From contig CAYLQM010000002.1 in assembly GCA_964386095.1 (NCBI GenBank), positions 1 to 59,895 on the forward strand: 59,895 nt of DNA. Reading direction: 5' to 3'. The notes beneath the pieces are model-generated. The model was not told the origin of the DNA. It made no database searches and saw only the letters and a program-made list of their open reading frames with translations. This DNA is from an uncultured Methanosarcinales archaeon. Lineage in GTDB: Archaea; Nanobdellota; Nanobdellia; Woesearchaeales; JASKKU01. Below, one piece after another: positions 26,201 through 35,851 of the stretch. Each line of letters begins with the position of its first letter. Position 1 is the stretch's first letter. The translations under genes and the position numbers were made by a program.

Positions 26201-26489
26201 GAAAAGATGGCTGGCGCACTCTCGGGCAATCCTGAGGAAAGTCCGCCCATCATTTTGAGAGGCCCTCTAAAGAGGGATGCTTAATAGGCATAGCTCTTGG
26301 ACAGAAATAAAACCCCCTGAAAGTTTAGAATGAGGTTTCCGAAGCTCTTTTTCAAGAGCGAGATAACGAACCGACTTTTTTCAGGGAAGGGTGAAATGCC
26401 AAACTACTCTGATGCAAGGTTTAACCGCAAAGTTGAATGTGCGCACACTCTTTTATGAGTGACAGAAGGCGGCTTACGGCCATCTTTTC
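26201..26489 (+). ncRNA. rnpB: RNase P RNA (archaeal type)
   Basis: GC-rich island in an AT-rich spacer; perfect 11-bp P1 stem GAAAAGATGGC (26201-26211) / GCCATCTTTTC (26479-26489); CR-I GAGGAAAGTCCGCCC at 26234-26248; ACAGAAA in the centre; CR-V ACAGAAGGCGGCTTAC at 26462-26477. Confidence 0.9.
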
Positions 26490-26490
26490 A

Positions 26491-26510
26491 TTTTTAATTT
26501 TTTGTTTTTT
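26491..26510 (+). terminator. Oligo-T tract immediately after the RNase P RNA
   Basis: TTTTTAATTTTTTGTTTTTT directly follows the P1 3' strand; archaeal terminators are T-runs. Confidence 0.5.
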
Positions 26511-26563
26511 ACACAGTACTCCTCTTGAGAAGTGACATACTTTTTTAAATCTTTCTTTCTTTT

Positions 26564-27532
26564 TTGAATGCGATGGAATCTAAAGTTATTTTAAAACTTG
26601 AGGATGTGAATGTGACTATCAACAATACCCAGGTTCTTAAGGACATTAATCTGAAGATATATCGTTCAGAAATCTTAAGTTTTGTTGGCGCTTCAGGTTC
26701 GGGAAAAACAACTATGCTGATGACTTTGCTCGGTTTAATCAAACCTTTAGGCGGGGATGTTTTTTTTGTACATAAGACCAAGAAAGGCAGTGTTTTCAAA
26801 TCAATTTTCGATTATTTGGATTATTTTCGTTTTCATGTTGGTTTTTCAACACAAGAAAGTTCTTTTTATAGAAAACTTAGTGTTCAGGAGAATTTGGAAT
26901 TCTTTGGCGCAATGTACTCTTTGCCTAGAGATGTACTTAACCAAAGGATTGCAATCCTTTTGGATTTGTTTGAACTCAAAGCTCATAAAAATAAAATTGC
27001 TGAAGAACTTTCAGGGGGTATGAAAAAAAGGTTAGATTTAGCCATTGCGCTTATACATAATCCTTTAATTCTTATATTGGATGAACCAACCGCAGAATTG
27101 GATCCTCTTCTCCGTCGGGAAATGTGGTATTTTATTCGCAAGATTAACAGTCGGGGAAAAACAATAATACTGAGTTCGCATTTTATTAATGATATGGAAT
27201 CTTTAGCTGACAGGATTGCTGTGCTTTCAGACAATCAGATAACTCTGTTGGGCACTCCTTCTGAGATTAGAGACAGAATGGGTTTGCTGGATCAGGTTAT
27301 TATTGAAACTGTGCCTGGAAATTATGGTGTTTTGCTTAAGGATTTTTATGCTAATCCGAAGATAGGACTACGCAATCATAAACAAAATTTGAACAATCTA
27401 ATACTTTTAGTTAAAGATAGCCACGCTGCTTTAGTTGAAATAGTTAAAGTATTGGAAGACGCATCTGAAAGAATAATAAACCTTGAGGTGCGAAAACCTC
27501 CTTTAGAAGATTTGTTTGAATTTTTGCCATAG
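26564..27532 (+). CDS. ABC transporter ATP-binding protein (module 1)
   Basis: Walker A GASGSGKTT, Q-loop GFSTQES, signature LSGGMKKRLDLA, Walker B LILILDEPTAELD, H-loop LSSHF; about 85-aa C-terminal extension. Confidence 0.9.
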   Translation: MNAMESKVILKLEDVNVTINNTQVLKDINLKIYRSEILSFVGASGSGKTTMLMTLLGLIKPLGGDVFFVHKTKKGSVFKSIFDYLDYFRFHVGFSTQESSFYRKLSVQENLEFFGAMYSLPRDVLNQRIAILLDLFELKAHKNKIAEELSGGMKKRLDLAIALIHNPLILILDEPTAELDPLLRREMWYFIRKINSRGKTIILSSHFINDMESLADRIAVLSDNQITLLGTPSEIRDRMGLLDQVIIETVPGNYGVLLKDFYANPKIGLRNHKQNLNNLILLVKDSHAALVEIVKVLEDASERIINLEVRKPPLEDLFEFLP

Positions 27533-27541
27533 TGTTAAAAA

Positions 27542-29539
27542 ATGTTACAAACGCTTGTTGAGGTCATAAGAAAGGATTTAAGGCTGCTAATAAGGAGTAA
27601 ATCTTCTTTGTTAATTATTTTGCTAACTCCCCTTTTAATTATTTTAATTACGGGAGTTGCTCTTGAGAACCAAACGAATTTTTACATAACTGCAGGTGTT
27701 TATTCCGAGAGTTATTCTCATTTAGCAAAATCTTATATCTCAAACTTGGAAGCGAATTCTGTCGCGATTAAATACTTTGATTCAGAAGCCGAGTGTATTA
27801 ATGCAACTAAATACGGAAATGTTCATGCTTGTGTTGTTTTCTCACCTGATTTAAGGATTGAAGAGAAATACAATGGATTTATACGATTTTATGTGGACTA
27901 CTCTCACTTAAATCTGGCGTGGATAATTAAAGATATGCTTTTTACAAGCGCTGAACAGGAAAGCAGGGAAATTTCCCAGGATCTTATAGATGATTTACTC
28001 TCAGTTGTTGAAACAACTAATAAAAATCTTGCAAACGAGAAAAATGACTTAACAAACTTGGCAACGAGCAATGATAAACTCTCAAGCATTTTTTCAACGA
28101 TTTATTCATACATTTCAGTTTTGCATCCAGAGTACGATTTTTCAGCACTTAAACTAAATGACCTTAACGATACCACCCAATCTTTAAAACTCAAGACATC
28201 CAGTATAGTCTCTTTAGCGAACAACAAATTTAACAAAGTTAGCGATTCCTTAGAATCATTAAAATCTTCATTAATGGACATAAATAACTCGGAAATTGAG
28301 GCAGTTTTGTTACCAAAAATTAAAGAAATACAAACAAACATTGCTTCTTACAAACAAACATTACTTGAAAATAAGAATTCTGTAGAATCTAATGTCGGCG
28401 CATTAGAGTCTTACATTGCAAACATAAATTCTGAAATTAATGAATTGTCTCAAATTCTAAAGCAAGTAGAAATCTCCCAGGATAAATCTTTGGATTATGT
28501 TAACTCAGGAAAACAGGAGGTCGTAAATTTCTTGAATTATGTTTTCAATTTGCAAAAATCAATCAACGAAATTGAAAAGAAAATTGATAGTGTTAGTGTT
28601 CTTTCATCAGGTAAAATAACAGAACCATTTAAAACTGAAATAAAATCCGTAACTCCGGAAAAACAAAGTGTAACCATTTTATTTCCGATAATACTTTCAT
28701 TAATGGTTTTGTTTATTAGTCTCATCGTTTCATCCACTTTGATTCAGATGGAAAAACAGTCTGAAGCCCATATTCGAAATTTGATAACTCCAACAAAAAC
28801 TTTATTTATCAGTTTAGGTGTGTTTTTAACAACTTTACTTATTGTGATTGTTCAGTTTGCTGTTTCTTCAGTCTCAGTGATTTCATTAATTCCAATTCAG
28901 CACTTTGTCCTGAAATTCTTTGAAGCATTTTTGTTGACATTAATTTCTTCTTCAGTATTCATTCTCATAGGCATTTTGTTGGGTAGTTTCTCTAAGAGCG
29001 AGCAAGGCAGTCTTATTTTAACAGTTCTTGTCGCGTTACTTTTAATAATATTCTCAGGCTTGATTTATCCAATAGAAGCATTCCCGCCTGGGCTTCAGAT
29101 AATACTTAAAATTAATCCTCTCTATTTGACAAATTATTTTTATAATCAAATTCTTGTGAAGGGGACTTTTTTAAGCAAGATTTCTTTGCAAATTGTTACC
29201 CAAATCTGTTGGTTTGTTGGTTTGTTAATTTCGTTGATTTTGTTACAAGACTTGTTTGATGAAAAATTCTTAACTACTCATCGAACAAAAGTGTTGCATA
29301 AACGAAAACGATCTAACGACAAGAATCAATCTTCTGAAGAAACAGAAAAACTGGCCAAATTATTATTGGAATTAAATCACATGCTTTCTCCGAAAAACAG
29401 AATAACTTCAGAAGAGGTTGAAGATGCTAAGAGGCTTTATATTAAAGCTTTGTCATTATACCAAAAACTTGATAAAAAGAAAAAAGAAGAATTCTTTGAT
29501 GATTTGAATTTAATACATAAAAAACTTTCAGCATTGTAA
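27542..29539 (+). CDS. ABC-2-type permease with a large coiled-coil ectodomain (YhgE/Pip-like architecture), module 1
   Basis: 665 aa; TM1 near residues 20-40, about 330-aa extracytoplasmic region with a Cys pair (ECINATKYGNVHACVVF) and long heptad stretches, about 5 C-terminal TMs, and an ~100-aa charged cytoplasmic tail. Confidence 0.7.
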   Translation: MLQTLVEVIRKDLRLLIRSKSSLLIILLTPLLIILITGVALENQTNFYITAGVYSESYSHLAKSYISNLEANSVAIKYFDSEAECINATKYGNVHACVVFSPDLRIEEKYNGFIRFYVDYSHLNLAWIIKDMLFTSAEQESREISQDLIDDLLSVVETTNKNLANEKNDLTNLATSNDKLSSIFSTIYSYISVLHPEYDFSALKLNDLNDTTQSLKLKTSSIVSLANNKFNKVSDSLESLKSSLMDINNSEIEAVLLPKIKEIQTNIASYKQTLLENKNSVESNVGALESYIANINSEINELSQILKQVEISQDKSLDYVNSGKQEVVNFLNYVFNLQKSINEIEKKIDSVSVLSSGKITEPFKTEIKSVTPEKQSVTILFPIILSLMVLFISLIVSSTLIQMEKQSEAHIRNLITPTKTLFISLGVFLTTLLIVIVQFAVSSVSVISLIPIQHFVLKFFEAFLLTLISSSVFILIGILLGSFSKSEQGSLILTVLVALLLIIFSGLIYPIEAFPPGLQIILKINPLYLTNYFYNQILVKGTFLSKISLQIVTQICWFVGLLISLILLQDLFDEKFLTTHRTKVLHKRKRSNDKNQSSEETEKLAKLLLELNHMLSPKNRITSEEVEDAKRLYIKALSLYQKLDKKKKEEFFDDLNLIHKKLSAL

Positions 29540-29541
29540 AA

Positions 29542-30483
29542 ATGAATCTTGTTGAAGCTAAGAATCTGAACTTTGCATATGGTAAAACCATCATTCTAAA
29601 AAATGTTTCTTTTCAAATTCCCAGAGGAACAGTAATTGGCATTCTTGGCGAGAGCGGTGTAGGCAAAACTACTCTGTTGTCATTAATCGTGGGTTTAATC
29701 AACCCTTCTTCAGGTCACATTGTTTTAAATCTTGATCGGGTAAAAGTTGGCTTTTCTTTTCAGACTCCATCTTTCTTTGATGAACTAACTGTTGAAGAGA
29801 ACATATATTATTTTGGTAAACTTTACAACTTAACAAAAATTGAAATTGAAAGAAAGAAAAAATTCCTTTTAGGTTTCCTTGAACTGAACGATGAATCTAA
29901 GAAGTTGGCTAAAGAGCTTTCTGGTGGTATGAGAAAACGATTGGATGTTATACTCTCTTTGATTAATGACCCCGAACTGATTATCCTTGACGAACCTGTA
30001 GGGGAACTTGATCCTTTCCTTAGAGAAAAGGTTAATGAACTTATATCAATTTATAACAAAAAGGGAACCACAATTATACTGACTTCGCATTACTTATCGG
30101 ATTTGATGGATATCTGCGAAGAATTTCTGATTCTTAAGAATAAACAAATAATTTTTTCAGGCTCTTTTGATAGGTTGCTATCTAAGTTAAATGTGAACTA
30201 CAAGACCCAAATTGTTTTGGAGAACGAAAGAGATGTGGAATTGTTTAAAACGATTTTCAGATATACAGAATCTTTATCAGTAAGGAACAAAATTATCTTT
30301 TTGCATAAAGATAAACCTTTGTTTTACAGATTGCTCATTCGTTTCATAAAAAAGAACAAGATAAAAGTAAAAGAAATAAAAGTAACATCTCCTGATCTCA
30401 GAGATTTGTTCTTAGATCTAATTTCAAATAATCAAACAACTACAGCTAAAGGCAACTCAAAAGTTTCAAATCGCGAGGAATAG
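29542..30483 (+). CDS. ABC transporter ATP-binding protein (module 2)
   Basis: Walker A GESGVGKTT, Q-loop GFSFQT, signature LSGGMRKRLDVI, Walker B LIILDEPVGELD, H-loop LTSHY. Confidence 0.9.
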   Translation: MNLVEAKNLNFAYGKTIILKNVSFQIPRGTVIGILGESGVGKTTLLSLIVGLINPSSGHIVLNLDRVKVGFSFQTPSFFDELTVEENIYYFGKLYNLTKIEIERKKKFLLGFLELNDESKKLAKELSGGMRKRLDVILSLINDPELIILDEPVGELDPFLREKVNELISIYNKKGTTIILTSHYLSDLMDICEEFLILKNKQIIFSGSFDRLLSKLNVNYKTQIVLENERDVELFKTIFRYTESLSVRNKIIFLHKDKPLFYRLLIRFIKKNKIKVKEIKVTSPDLRDLFLDLISNNQTTTAKGNSKVSNREE

Positions 30484-30485
30484 GC

Positions 30486-32270
30486 ATGATATCCAAAAAC
30501 CTAAAGATTTTTTTGAGAAACCGTGCATCATTAACCTTATTATTTGTAAGTCTCCTTCTTTTAGTTATTCTATTGATTTTTCTCTTTAACCACAACACTC
30601 AAAATCTAATCATCTCTTATTACGAACCTACTGAAACCAATATTTCTCGTTCTATAAAATCGATGCTTAATAGTGAGGATACGACCTTGCTTAAGTTCAA
30701 CAATGAAGAAAAATGTGTGGAGTCAGTAAAGAAATCGCTTTCGAACCTGTGCATAATCTTTCCACAAAACTTGTCGATTTCTGAGGATTTTAACGATTCT
30801 CTAAAATTAGTAATAGACCAATCTAAGATTAACATTGCTTATTATCTTTTGGACAAAATTAATTCAGAATTAAGTGTTTTTACAAAAAGTAAGCAATCTG
30901 AATATATAAGTGAAATTCTGATCGCATACAATCTATCGATTGAGAACATAACCAAAGTACTTTCAAAAACTGAAGAGGTTGAAACATCTCTCTCAAAAAT
31001 TAAAAACGACATAGACCATATACGCCTGCTTCTCTCCCAAATGGACACATCTTCGGCAGTATTAGATACTTCTGATTTGAGATATTCTGCGTATGATTTA
31101 ATTAACAGGTATAATCATGTTATGGATTTAACCAAACAAACTTTAAGTCTGTTTGATGACATTTATGATGATATTGATTCTTTAAGCACAATTTACAACT
31201 TTTCAGAACAGGATATAAATTTATCAAATTACAAAAAAAATTATCGAAAACTCTTTTATGATTTCTCTGAAAAAGATAACACTTCAGCTGAATTGACCCA
31301 ACCGCTCATTGAAAATGTTAAACTCTTCTCAGAAGAGTATGATTCCTCAAAATCAAAACTTGAGTTAATCGAGCAAAAGAAGGAAGTAGTTGAAACTGAT
31401 TTGTTAAGAATAGAATCAAAGGTCAATCAAACTCTTGAATTGCTGGCATACCAAAAATCTTTGCTCACCTATACAAAACGTCTTTATGATTCTTTGCCCA
31501 TAAAAGAAACCCATACTTTAATTGAGCCAATAAAAACCGAAATCGTTCCAATCTTTGAAGCCACAAACGAATTTGTCATTTTACCTTCAATTTTATCTTT
31601 ATTGATAATCTTTTCATCGCTCCTGTTTTCTTCATCTATAGTTGTATCAAACAATATTTCTCGAGGACGGTTGAGAGAAATTTTATCCAGAAAGAGCAAA
31701 GTTTACTTTTATTTTTCCTCTTTCGCCTCTTCTTTTTTAATCGTTTTTATCGAAATGTTTGCCTTTCTCTTACTTATTTCATTCCCTTTAAAATTTGAAA
31801 TCAATCAATTCTTAGCGCTATCTTTCTTATTATTGATATCAATTCCGTTGTTTATTTTTATAGGTATTTTTATTGGAAGTCTCAGTTCAAACAAAGAAAC
31901 AGCTGCGTTCTTTTCTTTAATCATTTCAGTTATCTTTATTATTCTTTCAGGAGATTTGGTGCCGGTTGAATTCTTCCCAAAATTCATAAAGGAAAGCTTA
32001 CCATTTTTACCTTATGAGATGTTTAAACGCGCTTCTTTTAGTATAATTGCAAATCAATTTAATTCCATCTTTGCTATTTTCGCTAATCTTCCTCACTTTT
32101 CATTGTTGATGTTATACACATTAATTTTTTTCGTTTTTTCGTTTATCAATTTTAAGCAAAATGTTGTAAAAACGAAAATGTTAAAATTCCTGTTGCGTGA
32201 ATCAAATCAAAATAAAAAATTGAAGAAGCGACCAAAAAACAAATTTAATTCAAATAAAAAAGCCAAATAA
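30486..32270 (+). CDS. ABC-2-type permease with a large coiled-coil ectodomain, module 2 (paralogue of 27542..29539)
   Basis: 594 aa; same layout; conserved ectodomain Cys pair (KCVESVKKSLSNLCIIF); Lys-rich C-terminal tail. Confidence 0.7.
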   Translation: MISKNLKIFLRNRASLTLLFVSLLLLVILLIFLFNHNTQNLIISYYEPTETNISRSIKSMLNSEDTTLLKFNNEEKCVESVKKSLSNLCIIFPQNLSISEDFNDSLKLVIDQSKINIAYYLLDKINSELSVFTKSKQSEYISEILIAYNLSIENITKVLSKTEEVETSLSKIKNDIDHIRLLLSQMDTSSAVLDTSDLRYSAYDLINRYNHVMDLTKQTLSLFDDIYDDIDSLSTIYNFSEQDINLSNYKKNYRKLFYDFSEKDNTSAELTQPLIENVKLFSEEYDSSKSKLELIEQKKEVVETDLLRIESKVNQTLELLAYQKSLLTYTKRLYDSLPIKETHTLIEPIKTEIVPIFEATNEFVILPSILSLLIIFSSLLFSSSIVVSNNISRGRLREILSRKSKVYFYFSSFASSFLIVFIEMFAFLLLISFPLKFEINQFLALSFLLLISIPLFIFIGIFIGSLSSNKETAAFFSLIISVIFIILSGDLVPVEFFPKFIKESLPFLPYEMFKRASFSIIANQFNSIFAIFANLPHFSLLMLYTLIFFVFSFINFKQNVVKTKMLKFLLRESNQNKKLKKRPKNKFNSNKKAK

Positions 32271-32330
32271 AAAAATCAAGAATTAACTTTTAGTCACTTT
32301 TTTATATTTTAACATGTTTCTAAAGGTTTT

Positions 32331-32837
32331 ATGGCTGAATTAAAATTGATTATTACAGGCACTCCGGGAACAGGGAAGACTCTCTTAGCAAAGTATATCT
32401 CTAAATCGTTAGATGTGCCTTTATATGATGTAACGACTTTGATTAAAAAGGAAAATTCGCTTGATAAAACATATAACTCCGAATTAGACACCCTGGAAGT
32501 AAATGAAGAGGATCTAAAGAAATTTCTTAACACTTTTTTTAAAGACAAACAAACATTCATCCTGGAAGGGCACATGTCTCACTTACTTTCTAAAGATTCT
32601 GTTGATTTGTGCATAGTTCTTCGTACCGAAAATTCTACACTCTCAAAAAGACTTGTCTCAAGACGATATTCTCAACAGAAAATCCGTGATAATCTTGAAG
32701 CCGAGATTTTTAATTGCTGTTATGAGGAAGCAAAGTTGAATAATCATAAAATTTTAACAATAGACACAACGAATTTCGACAATCGCGAGTACACTTTACT
32801 GATTGAATTTTTAAAAAAATCAGGATTGATAAAATGA
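32331..32837 (+). CDS. Fap7 / adenylate kinase isoenzyme-6-type NTPase (small-subunit ribosome biogenesis)
   Basis: IITGTPGTGKTLLAKYI P-loop, EGHMSHLL, VDLCIVLRTENSTLSKRLVSRRYSQQKIRDNLEAEIF matches the Fap7/AK6 pattern. Confidence 0.8.
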   Translation: MAELKLIITGTPGTGKTLLAKYISKSLDVPLYDVTTLIKKENSLDKTYNSELDTLEVNEEDLKKFLNTFFKDKQTFILEGHMSHLLSKDSVDLCIVLRTENSTLSKRLVSRRYSQQKIRDNLEAEIFNCCYEEAKLNNHKILTIDTTNFDNREYTLLIEFLKKSGLIK

Positions 32838-34009
32838 CACGGGATTCTCAACAAAAATCAAAAGAAAACAGAACAAGAGCTTTTAGCTGGTTAGATGTTA
32901 GAGCAATGGTCTCTGAGATCAAGCCTTATCTCCTTAATGCCAAAGTTGACAAAGTGTATGAAATCTGCCATAACGTTTTGCAAATTCGATTTCATCATCC
33001 GGTTCATAAAAAAACTAACTTTGTCATAGCTTTACCAAATTATTTTTTTATCACAAAGAAGGAATTCGATAAACCAACTCGTCCTTCTTCCTTTGTCATG
33101 TTGCTGAGAAAAAAGATACAAAATGCAAGGTTAATTTCTATTGAACAGGTTGATTCTGAAAGGTTAATCAAATTGAGCTTTTCAAAGGAAGAGAATTTCG
33201 TATTTTATATTGAATTAATTAAACCCGGCAATGTTATCCTTTGCGATGAAGATGATTTAATCATCACTGCCTACCGAATTTTGGAGTTTTCTTCAAGAAC
33301 TATTTCGGCCAAAAACAAATATGAGTTTCCTTTTAAACAGGATATTATCAATTTAAATAAAGAACAGTTTATTCAGTTGTTAAGGAATTCAAACAAACAA
33401 AACATCGTGAAATCATTAGCTTTGGACCTTAACGTGGGTGGTTTTTATTCAGAGCAGATTCTACTTAAATTAAATATTGACAAAAACAGGTCTGCTAATG
33501 AACTGAGTGAAAAAGAATTAACAGCAATTTACGATTTTTTTAGAGACTTAATTGAATTCTCAGGGAAGGAAAATGATAAAGAGAGTTGTTTAATTAGTAA
33601 ATCTTACCTGCCTCGCTTGCATCCAGCATTTCAATTCAATAAGAAATTGTGCTCAAAAACTTTTTCAAGTTTTTCATCAATGATGAGCTATGTATTTGAA
33701 AGTTCGGCAATCGCATATCCTCAAGAAAATATCCGGAACAAGGCTTTAGATAAGAAAATTGATAAAATAAAGCGGATAATCGAATCACAATTAAAAGAAT
33801 TAGAAGTGGCAAAAACTCAATATGAACAGGCCAATTCAATTGGCGAATCAATTTATCAAAACTATTCTTTTCTTAAAGACATTTTAACAAATATTCGTTC
33901 TTTTAGGAAGAAAAAATTGAGTTACGAAAAAATTGAAAAGCTTCTGAACGAGCGGGGTTATCAGCTTAAAATAGATTCGAAAAACAATAAACTCATTATT
34001 GAACTTTAA
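32834..34009 (+). CDS. NFACT-N domain protein (Rqc2/RqcH/FbpA homologue), short form
   Basis: 391 aa; LDVRAMVSEIKPYLLNAKVDKVYE...LQIRFH, PTRPSSFVMLLRKKIQNARLISIEQVDSERLIKLSF, HhH-like LALDLNVGGFYSEQIL, then a coiled coil; ends before the NFACT-R region that I recall in longer archaeal versions. Confidence 0.7.
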   Translation: MTRDSQQKSKENRTRAFSWLDVRAMVSEIKPYLLNAKVDKVYEICHNVLQIRFHHPVHKKTNFVIALPNYFFITKKEFDKPTRPSSFVMLLRKKIQNARLISIEQVDSERLIKLSFSKEENFVFYIELIKPGNVILCDEDDLIITAYRILEFSSRTISAKNKYEFPFKQDIINLNKEQFIQLLRNSNKQNIVKSLALDLNVGGFYSEQILLKLNIDKNRSANELSEKELTAIYDFFRDLIEFSGKENDKESCLISKSYLPRLHPAFQFNKKLCSKTFSSFSSMMSYVFESSAIAYPQENIRNKALDKKIDKIKRIIESQLKELEVAKTQYEQANSIGESIYQNYSFLKDILTNIRSFRKKKLSYEKIEKLLNERGYQLKIDSKNNKLIIEL

Positions 34010-34089
34010 TCCTTATTGTAATCATTGTTGGTAACTTTAACTATTTAATACAAATAGATTTATAAAATTAAAGCTAACTCTTTTATCCC

Positions 34090-35847
34090 ATGATACGAAG
34101 CCCAATTTGTTCGGTCGTCGGTCATGTGGACCATGGAAAATCCACATTATTAGATTTCATAAGAGGCACGAAGATAGTATCTCGTGAAGCGGGTGGTATA
34201 ACTCAAGCAATTGGCGCTTCTCTCGTTCCAATTGAAAAAATTAAACAGATTACTGGACCCCTAATCAAAACTTTGAATCTTGAGATTAAGCTTCCTGGAC
34301 TTCTGTTTATAGATACGCCAGGTCATGCCGCGTTCACAAATTTAAGAAAACGTGGTGGGAATCTTGCAGACATTTCAATTTTAGTTGTTGACATTAATGA
34401 GGGGTTTATGCCCCAAACTGTTGAATCTTTACAGATTTTAAAAGAATATAAAACACCTTTCATTGTTGCGGCTAACAAGCTTGATAAACTGTCTGGATTC
34501 CAAATAAAAAACGGAGTTCCCCTTGTTAAATTAATAAATTCTCAAGCTCAGAGTGTCCAAGCTTTAATAGACACAAAACTTTATGAATTAGTTGGAAAAC
34601 TTTATGAATTCGGGTTTAATGCAGAACGATTTGACAGGGTTTCAGATTACACAAAACAAATTGCCATAGTTCCTATTTCAGCCATGCTTGGCGTGGGTGT
34701 GTCAGAACTTCTTATATTGTTAATCGGGTTAGCTCAGAGATATCTTGAACAGAGTTTAAAACTCAGTTTGAGTGAAGAAGCAAAAGGAACAATTCTTGAA
34801 GTAAAAGATATACCCGGATTGGGAAAAGTTATCGATGTAATCTTATACGATGGTTCATTAAATGTTGGCGATTCAATTGTAATCGCTACTTTAGAACAAC
34901 CTTTTGTGACAAGGATTAAAGCTTTGTTTTTACCAAAACCACTTACAGAAATTAGGGAAAATAAAAGTAAATTTGAAAGCGTGAAGAAAGTTACAGCATC
35001 CTGTGGAGTTAGAATCGTTGCTTCGGAGTTGGATAAATGTTTGTCTGGTATGCCTTTAATTTCCATTAAAGACCCTTCAAAATTGCACGAAATCAAGGAA
35101 CAATTGAAAACTGATGTGAGTGAAGTTCTTTTTGAAACTAACACTGATGGCGTGTTGGTTAAGGCAAATAGTCTCGGTAGTCTTGAAGCGTTGTTGACCC
35201 TCCTCCGAGAAAATAATATCCCTGTTAGAAAATCAAGCTTAGGGAATATAACCAAAAAAGACATCGTTGAAGCAAAAACTCTTAAAGAAAGAGATGAGTT
35301 GTTAGGCGTTATTTTGGGCTTTAATGTTGGTTGCATTGATGACCCTCAGGATGTTTGTATTATTACAGATAACATTATCTACAGAATTATTGATAGGTAT
35401 CAGGAGTGGTTGAACTTAAAGAGATTAGAGATGAGAAGGAGGGTTTTAGCAGATTTACCTTCCTTGGCTAAGATTCAAATCCTGCCCAATTATATTTTTA
35501 GACAATCCAATCCAGCAATTGTTGGTGTTGAGGTTTTGTCAGGAACCCTGAAAAAAGACACGATTCTTATGAAAAATAATGGAGAACCTGCGACCCGAGT
35601 AAAAGAGATTCAAGTTGATAAGAAGAGTGTGCCCGAACTTCCAAAAGGAGAGCAAGCGGCCGTTTCTTTGACCGGAGTTACTATTGGTCATCAAGTCAAA
35701 AAAGATGAAACTTTATACGTTTTCTTGACTGCGGAACAATTTAGAAAATATAAAGAGGCGCGAGACCTGTTGGACGAAGAACAAATTGAATTATTGAAAG
35801 AAATCGCTTCAATTATGCGCAAGAAAGACCTGACATGGGGCATATAA
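34090..35847 (+). CDS. infB: Translation initiation factor aIF5B (IF2 homologue)
   Basis: 585 aa; G1 GHVDHGKST, G3 DTPGH, G4 NKLD; domain order and length typical of aIF5B. Confidence 0.9.
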   Translation: MIRSPICSVVGHVDHGKSTLLDFIRGTKIVSREAGGITQAIGASLVPIEKIKQITGPLIKTLNLEIKLPGLLFIDTPGHAAFTNLRKRGGNLADISILVVDINEGFMPQTVESLQILKEYKTPFIVAANKLDKLSGFQIKNGVPLVKLINSQAQSVQALIDTKLYELVGKLYEFGFNAERFDRVSDYTKQIAIVPISAMLGVGVSELLILLIGLAQRYLEQSLKLSLSEEAKGTILEVKDIPGLGKVIDVILYDGSLNVGDSIVIATLEQPFVTRIKALFLPKPLTEIRENKSKFESVKKVTASCGVRIVASELDKCLSGMPLISIKDPSKLHEIKEQLKTDVSEVLFETNTDGVLVKANSLGSLEALLTLLRENNIPVRKSSLGNITKKDIVEAKTLKERDELLGVILGFNVGCIDDPQDVCIITDNIIYRIIDRYQEWLNLKRLEMRRRVLADLPSLAKIQILPNYIFRQSNPAIVGVEVLSGTLKKDTILMKNNGEPATRVKEIQVDKKSVPELPKGEQAAVSLTGVTIGHQVKKDETLYVFLTAEQFRKYKEARDLLDEEQIELLKEIASIMRKKDLTWGI

Positions 35848-35851
35848 TCTC

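Noticed and set aside
34734-35336. 200-aa ORF antisense to aIF5B
   Set aside because: It lies entirely inside a confidently identified gene on the other strand. Its Ser/Leu/Phe-rich composition is typical of shadow frames in AT-rich DNA.
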